The notes below the pieces were generated by a model, which had not been told where the DNA came from, did no database searches, and was given only the letters and a program-made list of their open reading frames with translations. A DNA stretch of 64,000 bases from Anaeramoeba ignava BMAN. Lineage: Eukaryota > Protista > Anaeramoebae. Where the stretch lies: NCBI GenBank assembly GCA_028826165.1, contig JAPDFW010000120.1:1-64000 (forward strand). Reading direction: 5' to 3'. Shown here in pieces: positions 23,262 through 36,331 of the stretch. Positions within the stretch are counted from its first letter, which is position 1; each line of letters opens with the position of its first letter. The position numbers were made by a program, and so were the translations under genes.

Positions 23262-26064
23262 ATGAAACAAAATATTAAACCAAATTTACATAAAAATCAA
23301 ATTCAAAATCAAATTCAATATCAATATCAATTTCAATATCACAATCAAATTTTAAATATGAATCAAAATCAAATTCTATATAGAATTATTTTTGAAATTA
23401 AATCCCCAATTCAAAATCAAAATCAATATCAAAATCAGAATATAAATCAAATTGAAAATCAAATTATAAATCAAATTGAAAATGAAATTATAAATCAAAA
23501 TCAAAATGAAATTATAAATCTAAATCAAAATCAAAATATAAATCAAAATGAAAATCAAAATCAAAATCAAAATGAAAATGAAAATATAAATCAAAATCAA
23601 AATCAAAATCAAATTCAAATTGATAATATAAATCAAAATCTAAATCAAAATGAAAATCAAAATATAAATCAAAATCAAAATCTAAATCTAAATCAAAATC
23701 AAAATGAAAATATAAATCAAAATCAAAATCAAAATCAATATCAAATTGAAAATATAAATCAATATCAAAATCAAATTCAAAATCAAATTGAATATCTAAA
23801 TCAAAATCTAAATCAAAATCAAAATCAAAATCAAAATCAAAATAATCAAAATCAAAATCAAAATCAAAATCAAAATCAAAATCTAAATGAAAATCAAAAT
23901 CAAAATGAAAATCAAAATCAAAATCAAAATCAAAATCAAAATCAATATCAAAATCAAATTCAAAATCAAAATGAATATCAAAATCAAAATCAAAATCAAA
24001 ATCAAAATATAAATCAAAATGAAAATCAAATTCAAATTGATAATATAAATCAAAATCTAAATCAAAATGAAATTGAATATCTAAATCAAAATCAAAATCA
24101 AAATCAAAATCAATATCAAATTGAAAATATAAATCAATATCAAAATCAAATTCAAAATCAAAATGAATATCAAAATCAAATTCAAAATCAAAATCAAAAT
24201 ATAAATCAATATCCAAATCAAAATCAAAATCAAAATCAAAATCAAATTCAAAATCAAATTCAAAATATAAATCAAAATCAAAATCAAAATATAAATCAAA
24301 ATCAAAATCAAAATCAAAATCAAAATCAAAATCAAAATCAAAATCAAAATCAAAATCAAAATCAAAATCAAAATGAAAATCAAAATCAAAATGAAAATCA
24401 AAATCATAATCAAAATCATAATCAAAATCAAAATCAAAATGAAATTGAATATCCAAATCAAAATCAAAATGAATATCCAAATCAAAATATAAATCAAAAT
24501 CAAAATATAAATCAAAATCCAAATCTAAATCAAAATCAAAATCAAAATCAAAATCAAAATCAAAATGAAAATCAAAATCAAATTGAAAATGAAATTGAAA
24601 TTGAAAATCTAAATCAAAATCAAAATCAAAATCAAAATCAAAATGAAATTGAATATCTAAATCAAAATCAAAATCAAAATCAAAATCAAAATCAAAATCA
24701 AAATCAAAATCAAAATCAAAATCAAAATCAAAATCAAAATCAAAATCAAAATCAAAATCAAAATCAAAATGAAATTGAATATCTAAATCAAAATCAAAAT
24801 CAAAATCTAAATCAAAATCTAAATCAAAATCAAAATCAAAATCAAAATCAAAATCAAAATCAAAATCAAAATCAAAATCAAAATCAATATCAATATCATA
24901 ATCAAAATCAAAATCAAAATGAAATTGAAAATCTAAATCAAAATCAAAATCAAAATCAAAATCAAAATCAAAATCAAAATCAAAATCAAAATCAAAATCA
25001 AAATCAAAATCAAAATCAAAATTGAATATCTAAATCAAAATAATCAAATAAATCAAAATCAAAATCAAAATCAAAATCAAAATATAAATCAAAACCAAAA
25101 TGAAATTGAATATCTAAATCAAAATAATCAAAATCAAAATAATCTAAATCAAAAAAATCTAAATCAAAATCAAAATCAAAATCAAAATCAAAATCAAAAT
25201 CAAAATCAAAATCAAAATCAAAATCAAAATGAATATCAATATCCTTTTCAATATTCTTCTATTTGGACATTATATACTAAATTAAATGAAAATTCATTAA
25301 ATTCTAAAAACGATCTATCATCTAAAACGAATAATTCAGATTACTCAAATCATTTTCTTTCTAAACCATCAACTACTTATGTTGATTTGAATAAGAAAGA
25401 AAGTGATATTGGTAATCAAACAAAATTTAATAATTCTATCAATAATATAAAAAAGAATATTGATAATGATACAGATATTCATATTGATATTGGTAATGAT
25501 ATTAAAGATAAAAAACAAATAAATTCAAAATCAAAACTCAAATCAAAAATCCAAATCAAAAATCAAATCAAATTAAATCCAAAAACAAAAAGAAAAACAA
25601 ACAACAAAAGAAAAAAGAATCAAAAAGAGAATTTGAATCAATTGAAAAAATCAAAATCAAGAAATAGAAAAATTTATATTCCAAATTTAAACATTAATTC
25701 AGAAGAAAAAGAACTTTTTAACTCAAATCAACTTATTGGAAAACGTTTAGATATTCTTGCAAAAATTAGACCTGATTTAATTAAAGGATGGAAATCTTCA
25801 ACTTTTAAATGTTTTAAAGAAAAAGGAATTATTCCAGAAAAAGTAATTATTCATGATGATGGATTTCATTTTATGGCTCAATGTTTGGAAATTACAAATT
25901 TTGAAGAATTAAATAATCCAACACAAGAAATGAAATTAAAATATCAAAAATTTCAAAAAAATTACAAAAGATCATTACAGAAATTTTTACAAAACACAAT
26001 GAAAATGAAAAGAATTAAAACTAATGGAAAACAACACCAACCAATTATCTTTATCAAAAAATAA
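23262..26064 (+). CDS. Array gene 3: ~600-aa Q/N tract plus conserved C-terminal domain; slip near 25020
   Basis: ORF 23262-25025 continues after an indel into the frame of ORF 25387-26064 (GKRLDILAKIRPDLIKGWKSSTF). Confidence 0.7.
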
Positions 26065-26598
26065 GACACATTTTTATTCCGTTATTTAATTCCATTATTT
26101 ATCATTTTATTTCAAATTTTCCACTTTTTTTTTACTTTTGTTTATAAGGAAGAATTTTGGAATATCACAAATAAAATAAGAAATCTTCAATCATTTTATT
26201 TAAAACAAAACATTTTTCCCTTTTTATTATTTAAATTTTTTTATTCGCATTTTTCCTTTTTTTCTTATTTAAATTTTCCTTTTTTTTTTATTCCAATTTT
26301 CCTTTTTTCCTTTTTTTTTTAATTAAATTTTGATTTGATCTTTTTAATTAAAAAAAAATGTGGTTTTTTTTGCCCTCATAAATAAAAATTTTAAATAAAT
26401 TTTTACATTTCTTTTTTTCCTTTTTTTAATTAAATTTTAAAAGGAGATATGTTTGCCCTCAAATAAAATTTTTAAATAAACTTTTTTTTTTTTTTCAAAT
26501 TCATTTTTCCTTTTCTTTTTCTTTTTAAAAATTATTTTTTTTCTATAAAACAAAACAAAACAAAACAAAACAAAAAAACAAAACAAAACAAACTTAAA

Positions 26599-28472
26599 AT
26601 GAAACATTCTTTTGATAATAACAACTTAAATCCCTTTCAAAACAATTCCATTGATGATTTTAATGAGGAAAACAACCAATTTTTTGATGTTCCTTTTGAT
26701 TCTTTTTTTGGTAAATTAAACAATTCAAATCAATTATTTTTACATTTTTGGATTATTTTAATTACATTTTAATTACATTTTAATTTGATTTAATTTAATT
26801 TAATTTAATTTAATTTAATTTAATTTAGATAATCCAAATGATTCTTTTTCTGATTCTTTTTATGGTAAATAAATTTCAACAACAAAGAGTTGATGGTTCC
26901 CATTCCTTTTTTAATTCTTTTGATTCTTTTTATGGTAAATAAATCAATTCAAATCAATTATTTTTACATTTTTGGATTATTTTAATTTATTTTAATTACA
27001 TTTTAATTTGATTTAATTTAATTTAATTTAATTTAATTTAATTTAGATAATCCAAATGATTCACAATTTCAACAACAAAGAGTTGATGATTCCCATTCCT
27101 TTTTTAATTATTCTGATTCTTCTGATGGTAAATAAAAGAAAATCAAAAGTTAATTCAATTTAATTGATTTAATTTAATTGATTTTAATTTAGATAATCTG
27201 AATTATTCACATTTTCAACAACAAGATGATGATCGTTCTGATTTTTTAGATTTTTTAGATGGTAAATAATTCAAACAAAAACTTAAATATATTTTTTTAA
27301 TTTATTTTAAAATTAATTTGATTTAGATAATCCAAATATTCAAGACAATGATCCAATTTTTGATTTTTCATTTGATTCAAATTCTCCTTTTGATTCAGAT
27401 AATTCAAAAACACAAAATTGAAATTCAAAATCAAATTCAAAATTTTCAAAAATCAAATCTTCAATATACAAAATCAAAATCAAAATTGAAAAAGAAAATC
27501 AAAATCAAAATCAAATCAAAATCAAAATCAAAATCAAAATCAAAATCAAATTCAGAAATTTCAAAATCAAAATCAAAAAATCAAAATCAAAATCAAAATC
27601 AAAAATCAAAATCAATATTCTTCTAAAATCAAAATCTTCGAAAAATCAAAATGAAAATCAAATCAAAATCAAAATCAAAATAATCAAAAATCAAAATTTT
27701 AAAAACGATCTATCATCTAAAACGAATAATAAATTCAAATCATTAAATTTTTTTTCTTTTCTAAATCATCATCAAAATCATTTTGCTCCTGTTGATTTGA
27801 TTGAGAAAGAAAATGATTTTGGTAATCAAACACAAATTAATAATTCTATCGATAATAAAAAAAAGAATATTGATAATGATATTGATTTTGGTTTTGATCT
27901 TGATTTTGATAATGATATTGGTAATGATATTAAAGATACAAAACAAATTAATTCGCAACCCAAATCTAAATCCAAATCCAAATTAAATCCAAAAACAAAA
28001 AGAAAAACAAACAAAAAGAAAAAAGAATCAAAAAGAGAATTTGAATCAATTGAAAAAATCAAAATCAAGAAATAGAAAAATTTATATTCCAAATTTAAAC
28101 ATTAAACCAGAAGAAAAAGAACTTTTTAACTCAAATCAACTTATTGGAAAACGTTTAGATATTCTTGCAAAAATTAGACCTGATTTAATTAAAGGATGGA
28201 AATCTTCAACTTTTAAATGTTTTAAAAAAAAAGGAATTATTCCAGAAAAAGTAATTATTCATGATGATGGATTTCATTTTATGGCTCAATGTTTGGAAAT
28301 TACAAATTTTGAAGAATTAAATAATCCAACACAAGAAATGAAATTAAAATATCAAAAATTTATAAAAAATTACAAAAGATCTTTACAAAAATTTTTACAA
28401 AACACAATGAAAATGAAAAGAATTAAAACTAATGGAAAACAACACCAACCAATTATCTTTATCAAAAAATAA
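26599..28472 (+). CDS. Array gene 4: exon-module N-terminus like gene 2, C-terminal domain nearly identical to gene 3; garbled middle (assembly noise or decaying gene)
   Basis: Exons 26599-26710, 26829-26864, 27047-27127, 27193-27261, 27327-28472. Frameshifts in 27420-27790 and near 28020. Confidence 0.65.
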
Positions 28473-28949
28473 GACACCTCCGTTATTTAATTCCGTTATT
28501 TAATCCCGTTATTTAATTCCGTTATTTACGTTTTATTATCGACTTTATTATCGACTTTATTTACTTTTTATTTCGTTTCCATTTTTTTGACTTTTTTTTG
28601 ACTTTTTTTTGACTTCAAATTTGATACAATTTGGTTAATATTTTTATTTATCAAATTGAATCAAATTCTTTTTTTTTACTTTTGTAAGGAAGAATGTTGG
28701 AATCACACTAATAAAATTGGAAATCTTCAAACTTTTTATTAAAACAAAACATTTTTAATTTTTAATTTTATTAAAAAAAAGATTAGGAAAAAAAAATTTT
28801 GAAATAAATAAATCGGACAATTTCTTTTTTTTCCTTTTTTTTCCTTTTTTTAATTTAAAATTAGATAAAATGGATAATTTATCATTTTTAAATTTAAATT
28901 TTTTCCTTTTTCTTTTTCACTTTTTTTTATTCACTTTTTATTTATTATT

Positions 28950-30706
28950 ATGGATCTTCCATTTCATTCATTTCAAAACAAACAACAAAATAATTTTATC
29001 GATCCAATTACTTCATTTATTGATAGTGTTTTCAATTCTTTTTTTATTCAAAACGAAAACCAAATTCAAAATCAAAATCAAAATCAAAATCAAAATCAAA
29101 ATCAAAATCAAAATCAAAATGAAAATATAAATCAAAATCAAAATCAAATTCAAAATCAAAATCAAAATGAAAATATAAATCAAAATCTAAATCAAAATCA
29201 AAATCAAAATCAAAATCAAAATCAAAATCAAAATCAAATTCAAAATCAAAATCAAAATCAAAATCAAAATCAAAATGAAAATATAAATCAAAATCAAAAT
29301 CAAAATCAAAATCAAAATCAAAATCAAAATCAAAATCTAAATGAAAATCAAAATCAAATTCAAAATCAAAATCAAAATCAAAATCAAAACCAAAATCAAA
29401 ATCAAAATAAAAATATAAATCAAAATCAAAATCAAAATCAAAATCAAAATCAAAATCAAAATCAAAATCTAAATGAAAATCAAAATCAAATTCAAAATCA
29501 AAATCAAAATCAAAATCTAAATCAAAATCAAAATCAAAATCAAAATCAAAATCAAAATCAAAATCAAAATCAAAACCAAAATCAAAACCAAAATCAAAAT
29601 CAAAATCAAAATCAAAATCAAAATCAAAATCAAAATCAAAATCAAAATCAAAATCAAATTCAAAATCAAAATCAAAATCAAAATCAAAATCAAAATCAAA
29701 ATCAAAATCAAAATCAAAATCAAAATCAAAATCAATATCAAAATCAAATTCAAAATCAAAATCAAAATCAAAATCAAAATCAAAATCAAAATCAAAATCA
29801 AAATCAAAATCAAAATCAAAATATAAATATAAATCAAAATCAAAATCAAAATCAAAATATAAATATAAATCAAATTCAAAATCAAAATCAAAATCAAAAT
29901 CAAAATAAAAATATAAATCAAAATCAAAATCAATATCAAAATCAAAACCAAAACCAAAATCAAAATCAAAATGAAAATATAAATCAAAATCAAATTCAAA
30001 ATCAAAATCAAAATCAAAATCAAAATCAAAATCAATATCAAAATCAAATTCAAAATCAAAATCAAAATCAATCTGAAGCTTTTCCACTTTTAAAAATTTA
30101 TACACCTCTATTATATCATCCTTTTTACTTGATTAAAAAAGATATGCCAAAAATTGAAGTTTTCTCTGATCATTCTCAAAAATTCCAAATTCCCAAAAAT
30201 AAAAAAGATTTCTTTGATCAAATTTTTAAAAAAAAGAATGAAAATTATTATTCCAATCATTTAAATCAAACAAATTCAAGAAAAAAAAAGCGAATTTCAA
30301 TTTCAAATTCAAATATTAAAAAATCAAAATTTAAAAAATCAAATATCAAAAATCCAAATTATTTTTCACACATCAATCTATTGGAGAACGTCTTGATATT
30401 ATTGCTAAAATTCATCCTGAATTGATTAGAGGTTGGACTCCTTCTACTTATCATGATTTCAAACAATCAAATATTATTCCTTCAAAAGTGGAAATTGATT
30501 TAAAAATTATCGATTTTATTGATAAAAATATTCAAAGAAAAGAAAACAAAAATCCTTTATTAAAAGAAAAGAAAACAAAAAATAAACCAAAATATGATCT
30601 TCGCAAAACAATTCCAAGATTTTTTGATTCAACTTTGAAAATGATTCCACATCAAAAAAATAAAGGTAATAGAGAAAGATTAATATTCACAAAACAAAAG
30701 GAATGA
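28950..30706 (+). CDS. Array gene 5 (most divergent): short F/D leader, Q/N tract, conserved C-terminal domain; one slip before 30370
   Basis: The alternate frame at 30371 reads HQSIGERLDIIAKIHPELIRGWTPSTYHDFKQSNIIPSKVEI, continuous with ORF 30422-30706. Confidence 0.75.
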
Positions 30707-31086
30707 TCAAGGAAAAAATTTATATAAACTTTTTTTTTTTAAAAATAAAAATTTAATTAAAAAAATACCTTTATATTTTTTTAAAAAATACCTTTATATT
30801 CAATTTTTCATTTAAATTTTTTTTTTTAATTTGTTTTTACTTTAAGTTTAACATTTAACTTAAGAATCGAAAAAAAAAATCAAAAAACCCCAATAAATTT
30901 TCTATAAAGATAATTAGGATCAAAAACAAACGTCATTCACTTTTTCTTTTTAATTTATTTTTGACAATACAAAGATCAAAATAAAAGCTTTTTTTTCATT
31001 TTTTCTTTCATTTTTTTAATTTTTTTTTCAACTCTAATTAATTTTTTTTGCTTTTAATTTGTTTTATTTTCTTTGTTTTGGAATTG

Positions 31087-31374
31087 ATGGCGCAAAATTT
31101 TCCGTCTGATACTGGGTTTCCAAATGACCATCATCCTAATGTTATTCCTTGGAGCAACCAAAGAATCAACATCTTTATTCAAGTTAATCAAACAACAAAA
31201 GTAACTTTTCAATCCATAAATGATGAAGAAAGTACTCTTTTTTATTCTTTTGATGACTCAAATATGAACATTGACAATGAAGATATGAATGAGGATGAGA
31301 TGAATCTAGATTTGATTGAAGATGAACCAAATGAAGATTTTTTTATTTCAGATGATATTGATTTCAACAACTAA
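31087..31374 (+). CDS. Small orphan protein (95 aa) with highly acidic C-terminus
   Basis: ATG at 31087, coding-like GC content, upstream TCATTT motifs at ~30995-31015. Confidence 0.55.
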   Translation: MAQNFPSDTGFPNDHHPNVIPWSNQRINIFIQVNQTTKVTFQSINDEESTLFYSFDDSNMNIDNEDMNEDEMNLDLIEDEPNEDFFISDDIDFNN

Positions 31375-31539
31375 AAAAACAAAGCTTTTTCTTTCCAATT
31401 TATCATTTTCAAATTCAAATCCAAAAGTTCAAAATTCAAAATTCGAGAAAATCAAAATTTTTTTTTTCTTCTTTGAATTTGGGAAATAAAAAAAAAAAAT
31501 CAAAAAGAAAATTTTTTCATTTTTTTTTTCATTTTTCTT

Positions 31540-32885
31540 ATGATGGATTTAGATGAAGATTCACCATTTTTTGCAACAAGAAGAATCCGTTCAATTTCTA
31601 AAGAAGTTCCACAAGCAAGACTTCCACTTAATTCGATTCCATTACAAATAAAACGAACAAAACCAAAAAATCATTCAAAACATCAACAAAAGCAATCAAA
31701 TAAAAATAAAGACAAAGAAACGCAAATAACGAATTCTTCAGAATTTGAAACACTGGGCAATTCAAGTTTCAGTGAATCAGAAAATCAAGTTCAAATGCAA
31801 CAAGAACAAGATCCCCAATTGTTATTTCAGCCAAATTTAACGCCATTTCGAAATCAAAATCAGGGAAAAAAACAGAAAACAATCAATGAAGATATTTTAC
31901 AGAAAAAACGTAAATCTCTTCATATAATTTACTCAATTTATGAGAGTTTTTTTTGATTAATATTAATTGATGTTTTTTAAATTTTCAAGTTGAAATGTTC
32001 ACAAAACAATTTGAAAAAAAAGAGCAAATCAATTTGGCAAAAAAGGAGTTCAGAACAAAAAAAGCGCAAGAAGAATCTGAGATTAAAAGAGCCACTTTCC
32101 AAAAAGAAGTGTTTAGTTTTGGGCCACAAAAGTTTATTGAAAGAGAAACAAATATAATTGTAATTTTTTAAATGAATTTTTTAAATGAATTTTTTAAATG
32201 AATTTTTTTAATTGAAATTTTTTAATAGAAAGAAGAGGTTTTTGATTCACATGAACAAGAAATTGAAATGTTTGGCAATATTTTTGAAGAACCTTGTAAA
32301 CTTCCTTTATTAGAAACTAAACAAAATGAAGTTCAAAATGAAAAGGATTTAGAAGAAGATTTTGAAGAGAAAATTGCAAATGATTTATTTTTGGATTCTG
32401 ATGGGAATTTATTAGAAAAAGAGATGTTTTGGATGCAATTTCCAGCAAGAATGCCATTTTTATTTAGTACATCAAATACTTTAGAACAAAATCAAAATCA
32501 AAATGAAAATCAAAATGAAAATTTAAATGAAAATCAAAACAATGAAAATCAAAATCAAAATCAAAATAATCAAAATCAAAATCAAACTATCAATTTTAAT
32601 GAGATTAGAAAACTAAAAAAAGATAAAATTGTTAACAATAAAGAATCTGGAAGAATTGGATCTTTATATATTCATAAATCTGGAAAAGTTAGAATCAAAT
32701 TGGGAGAAAATATTTTATTTTCAGTAAATCAAGGAATTTCTCCTCATAATTATCAAACTGGAGTATTGATAGATAAAAATGGAAATTGTTGTCAAGTTGG
32801 AGATAAGTTTAAGAAAATAGTTTGTTATCCAAATTTGAATTCTATGATTGAAGCAATTTCAAGTGATATGGAATTTGAAAAATAA
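31540..32885 (+). CDS. POLR3D: RNA polymerase III subunit RPC4 (C53), 3 exons
   Basis: FWMQFPARMP...ESGRIGSLYIHKSGKVRIKLG...VGDKFKKIVCYPN matches the RPC4 C-terminal domain. Introns 31910-31989 and 32160-32228 keep frame. Confidence 0.88.
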
Positions 32886-32999
32886 AAATAAAATTAAAAC
32901 GGAAATTTATTAATTTTGGAAAATTTAAAATGAAAAATTTAAAAGAAATTAAAATGAAAAATTTAAAAGAAAAGGAGAATGTAAATGGAAAATCAAAAT

Positions 33000-35900
33000 C
33001 TAATAAGCTCTTGCAACATAAGCCCAACAAACAGCATCTTTCTGAGTCATAATGCATTTAGTACCATTTGCAGGAGGAGCTTCTTTTGGGTCAAAACCGC
33101 GAATTTCTGCACCAGTTTGTTCCTTCAAAACGGCTTCTGCTTCTTTTCCATCAGGACCATTAGAATGGAAAGGAATTTTAGCAAAACCTCCAAAGGCAAG
33201 AGCCTCTTTAACTTCTTCTATTGAGTTGCAAACTTTGATTCTTGCTTCATGAAATTCTTTTGCTTTTTTAGATAATATTTCTTGAGTCATGTCACATCCT
33301 GATTTGATTTCTGAAATGATTTCTTCTTCTTTTACTTCTTTTTTCTCTCCATTTATTCTGTAAACAAATACTACTTGTTGTTTTTGAATGTCTTTTGGTC
33401 CTACTTCTATTCTAATTGGAATTCCTTTCATTTCCCAGAAATAGTATTTGTTTCCTGGTGATTGTTGTGAATCATCTACTTTTACTCTATATCCTGCTTT
33501 TTTTATCATTTTTGCATGTTCTTGTGCTTTTTCGATAATCATTTTTTGTTTTGCTTTGTTTCCAAAAAGGATTGGAATAATCACGACATGATAACTTTTA
33601 AGAATTAAATTAAAATTCATTTAAGAATTAAATTAAAATTCATTTTGAAATTTAAATTAAAATTAAAATTAAAATTCATTTATAAATTAAAATTCATTTT
33701 GAAATTAAAATTGAAATTAAAATTTAAATTATTATTAAAATTCATTTTGAAATTAAAATTAAAATTAAAATTAAAATTAAAATTAAAATTCATTTATAAA
33801 TTAAAATTATTTAAATTAAAATTAAAATTAAAATTAAATTAAAATTAAAATTCATTTATAAATTAAAATTCATTTTAAAATTCATTTTAAAATTAAAATT
33901 GAAATTAAAATTATTAATATTAAAATTCATTTTGAATATTTAAATATTTACTAAGAAATAAGAGGAGGCATAATCAAACCCTTATTATCACCATGAATAG
34001 AAACAACAGCAGCAAGAATTCTTGAAGAAACACCATAACAAGTCATATAAGCGAATTGAGATTTTTGTTTTCTATCATTAAATTGAATTTGAAAAGGTTT
34101 TGCGAATTTTTGACCCAAATAATGAGCACCAACAGTTTGCATAACTTTACCATCAGGCATTATAATATCCAAAACATCAGTAAATTCAGCACCAGCAAAT
34201 TTATCCCAATCAGGTCTTCTTATTCTAAGACCATAAATACCAAGCTTGTCTTCAATTACGTTGCGATATCCGACCCACGCTTGCTCTAAGTTCTCAAGCG
34301 CATCTTTTTCTGTTTCGTGAACTGTGTGTGCTTCGTTAAATGGTATCTCACGAACTCGAATCAATGGATGTGTGTTCTTTGTTTCGTATCGGAATACTGT
34401 GCATGTTTGATATACTTTTAATGGTAAATCTCGGAAAGACCGAATCCATAATGCAAACATGCTATACATCGCCGTTTCGCTTGTTGGTCGTAATGCAAAT
34501 GGTACTTCTAATTCACTTTCTCCCCCTTTTAATACCCAGAAACATTCCTTCATAAATCTTATTTTTTGGTTTTAATTTCAAAATGAATTTTCAATATTAA
34601 TATTAATTTTAATTTTAATTTCAAAATGAATTTTAATTTTAATATTAATATTAATTTTGATTTTAATTTTAATTTTAATTTATAATTGAATTTTAATTTT
34701 AATATTAATTTTAATTTATAAATGAATTTTAATTTATAAATGAATTTTAATTTATAAATGAATTTTAATTTATAAATGAATTTTAATTTATAAATGAATT
34801 TTAATTTTAATTTTAATTTTGATTTTAATTTTAATTTTAATATTAATTTTGATTTTAATATTAATTTATAAATGAATTTTAATTTATAAATAAATTTTAA
34901 TTTTGATTTTAATATTAATTTTAATATTAATTTTAATTTTAATTTATAAATGAATTTTCAATATTAATAATTTTAATTTTGATTTTAATTTTAATTTTAA
35001 TTTTAATTTTAATTTATAAATGAATTTTAATTTATAAATGAATTTTAATTTATAAATGAATTTTAATTTATAAATGAATTTTAATTTAAAGCTACCCAGC
35101 AATATGCTCTTTTTCTTTTTCAAGAAAATCTTTTGGAATACATGTTGGAAACATAACTCTTTGAATATCTTGTGAATCCCATTCATATTCAATAAGTTTC
35201 ATAATTTCTGTTTCTAAAAAGCATCCAAAAGGACGGAAAACTGGCATTCCTTTAATTGGATATCTTTTATCAACAAGTTCTATTATAAAAAATAGAAAAT
35301 AATTTATATTTATATTTATATTTTAATTTATATTTATATTTATAATTATATTTATATTTATATTTATATTTATATTTATATTTATATTTATATTTATATT
35401 TATATTTATATTTATATTTATATTTATATTTATATTTATATTTATATTTATATTTATATTTATATTTATATTTATATTTATATTTATATTTATATTTATA
35501 TTTATATTTATATTTATATTTATATTTATATTTATATTTATATTGATATATTTATATTTTATATTATAATTATATTTATATTTATATTTATATTTATATT
35601 TATATTTATATTTATTTTTTATATTTTTATATTTATAATTATTTATATTTTATATTTATATTTAGATTTTATATTTATTTTATATTTATATTTATATTTA
35701 TATTTATATTTATATTTATATTTATATTTATATTTATATTTATATTTATATTTATATTTATATTTATATTTATATTTTATTTATATTTATTTTATATTTA
35801 GATTTATTTATATTTTTATATTTATATTTATATTTATATTTATATTTATATTTATATTTATAATTTATATTTATATTTATATTTATAATTATATTTATAT

Positions 35901-36331
35901 TTATATTTATATTTATATTTATATTTATATTTATATTTATATTTATATTTATATTTATATTTATATTTATATTTATATTTATATTTATATTTATATTTAT
36001 ATTTATATTTATATTTAGATTTAGATTTATATTTAGATTTTTTACCTGAAATTTCCAGAATTCCTTCATACCAAACTGGAAATTCTTTTATTTTATCAGC
36101 TGAAAATGTTACTTTTTCTTGGTCTTTTGCTCCTTGGAAAGTCGCTTTTTTCTTTTTTTGTTTCTTTTTCCTTTCTTGTTCTTTATTATCTTTTTTAATT
36201 TCTTGTTTAATTTCTTGTTTAATTTCTTGTTTAATTTCTTTATTATCTTTGTCTTGATTATCTTTATTGTCTTGATTATCTTTATTTTCTTGTTCTTTAT
36301 TTTCTTGTTCTTGTTGTTGTCTACTACTCAT
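33000..36331 (-). CDS. proS: Prolyl-tRNA synthetase, archaeal-type, 4 exons
   Basis: [62 protein letters not shown]-terminal ARAY. Introns 36045-35280, 35095-34558 and 33951-33595 all keep frame. Confidence 0.95.

Noticed and set aside
32842-34555. Short ORFs overlapping ProRS and RPC4 on other frames or strands
   Set aside because: Shadow ORFs of higher-GC coding sequence with no recognisable motifs.
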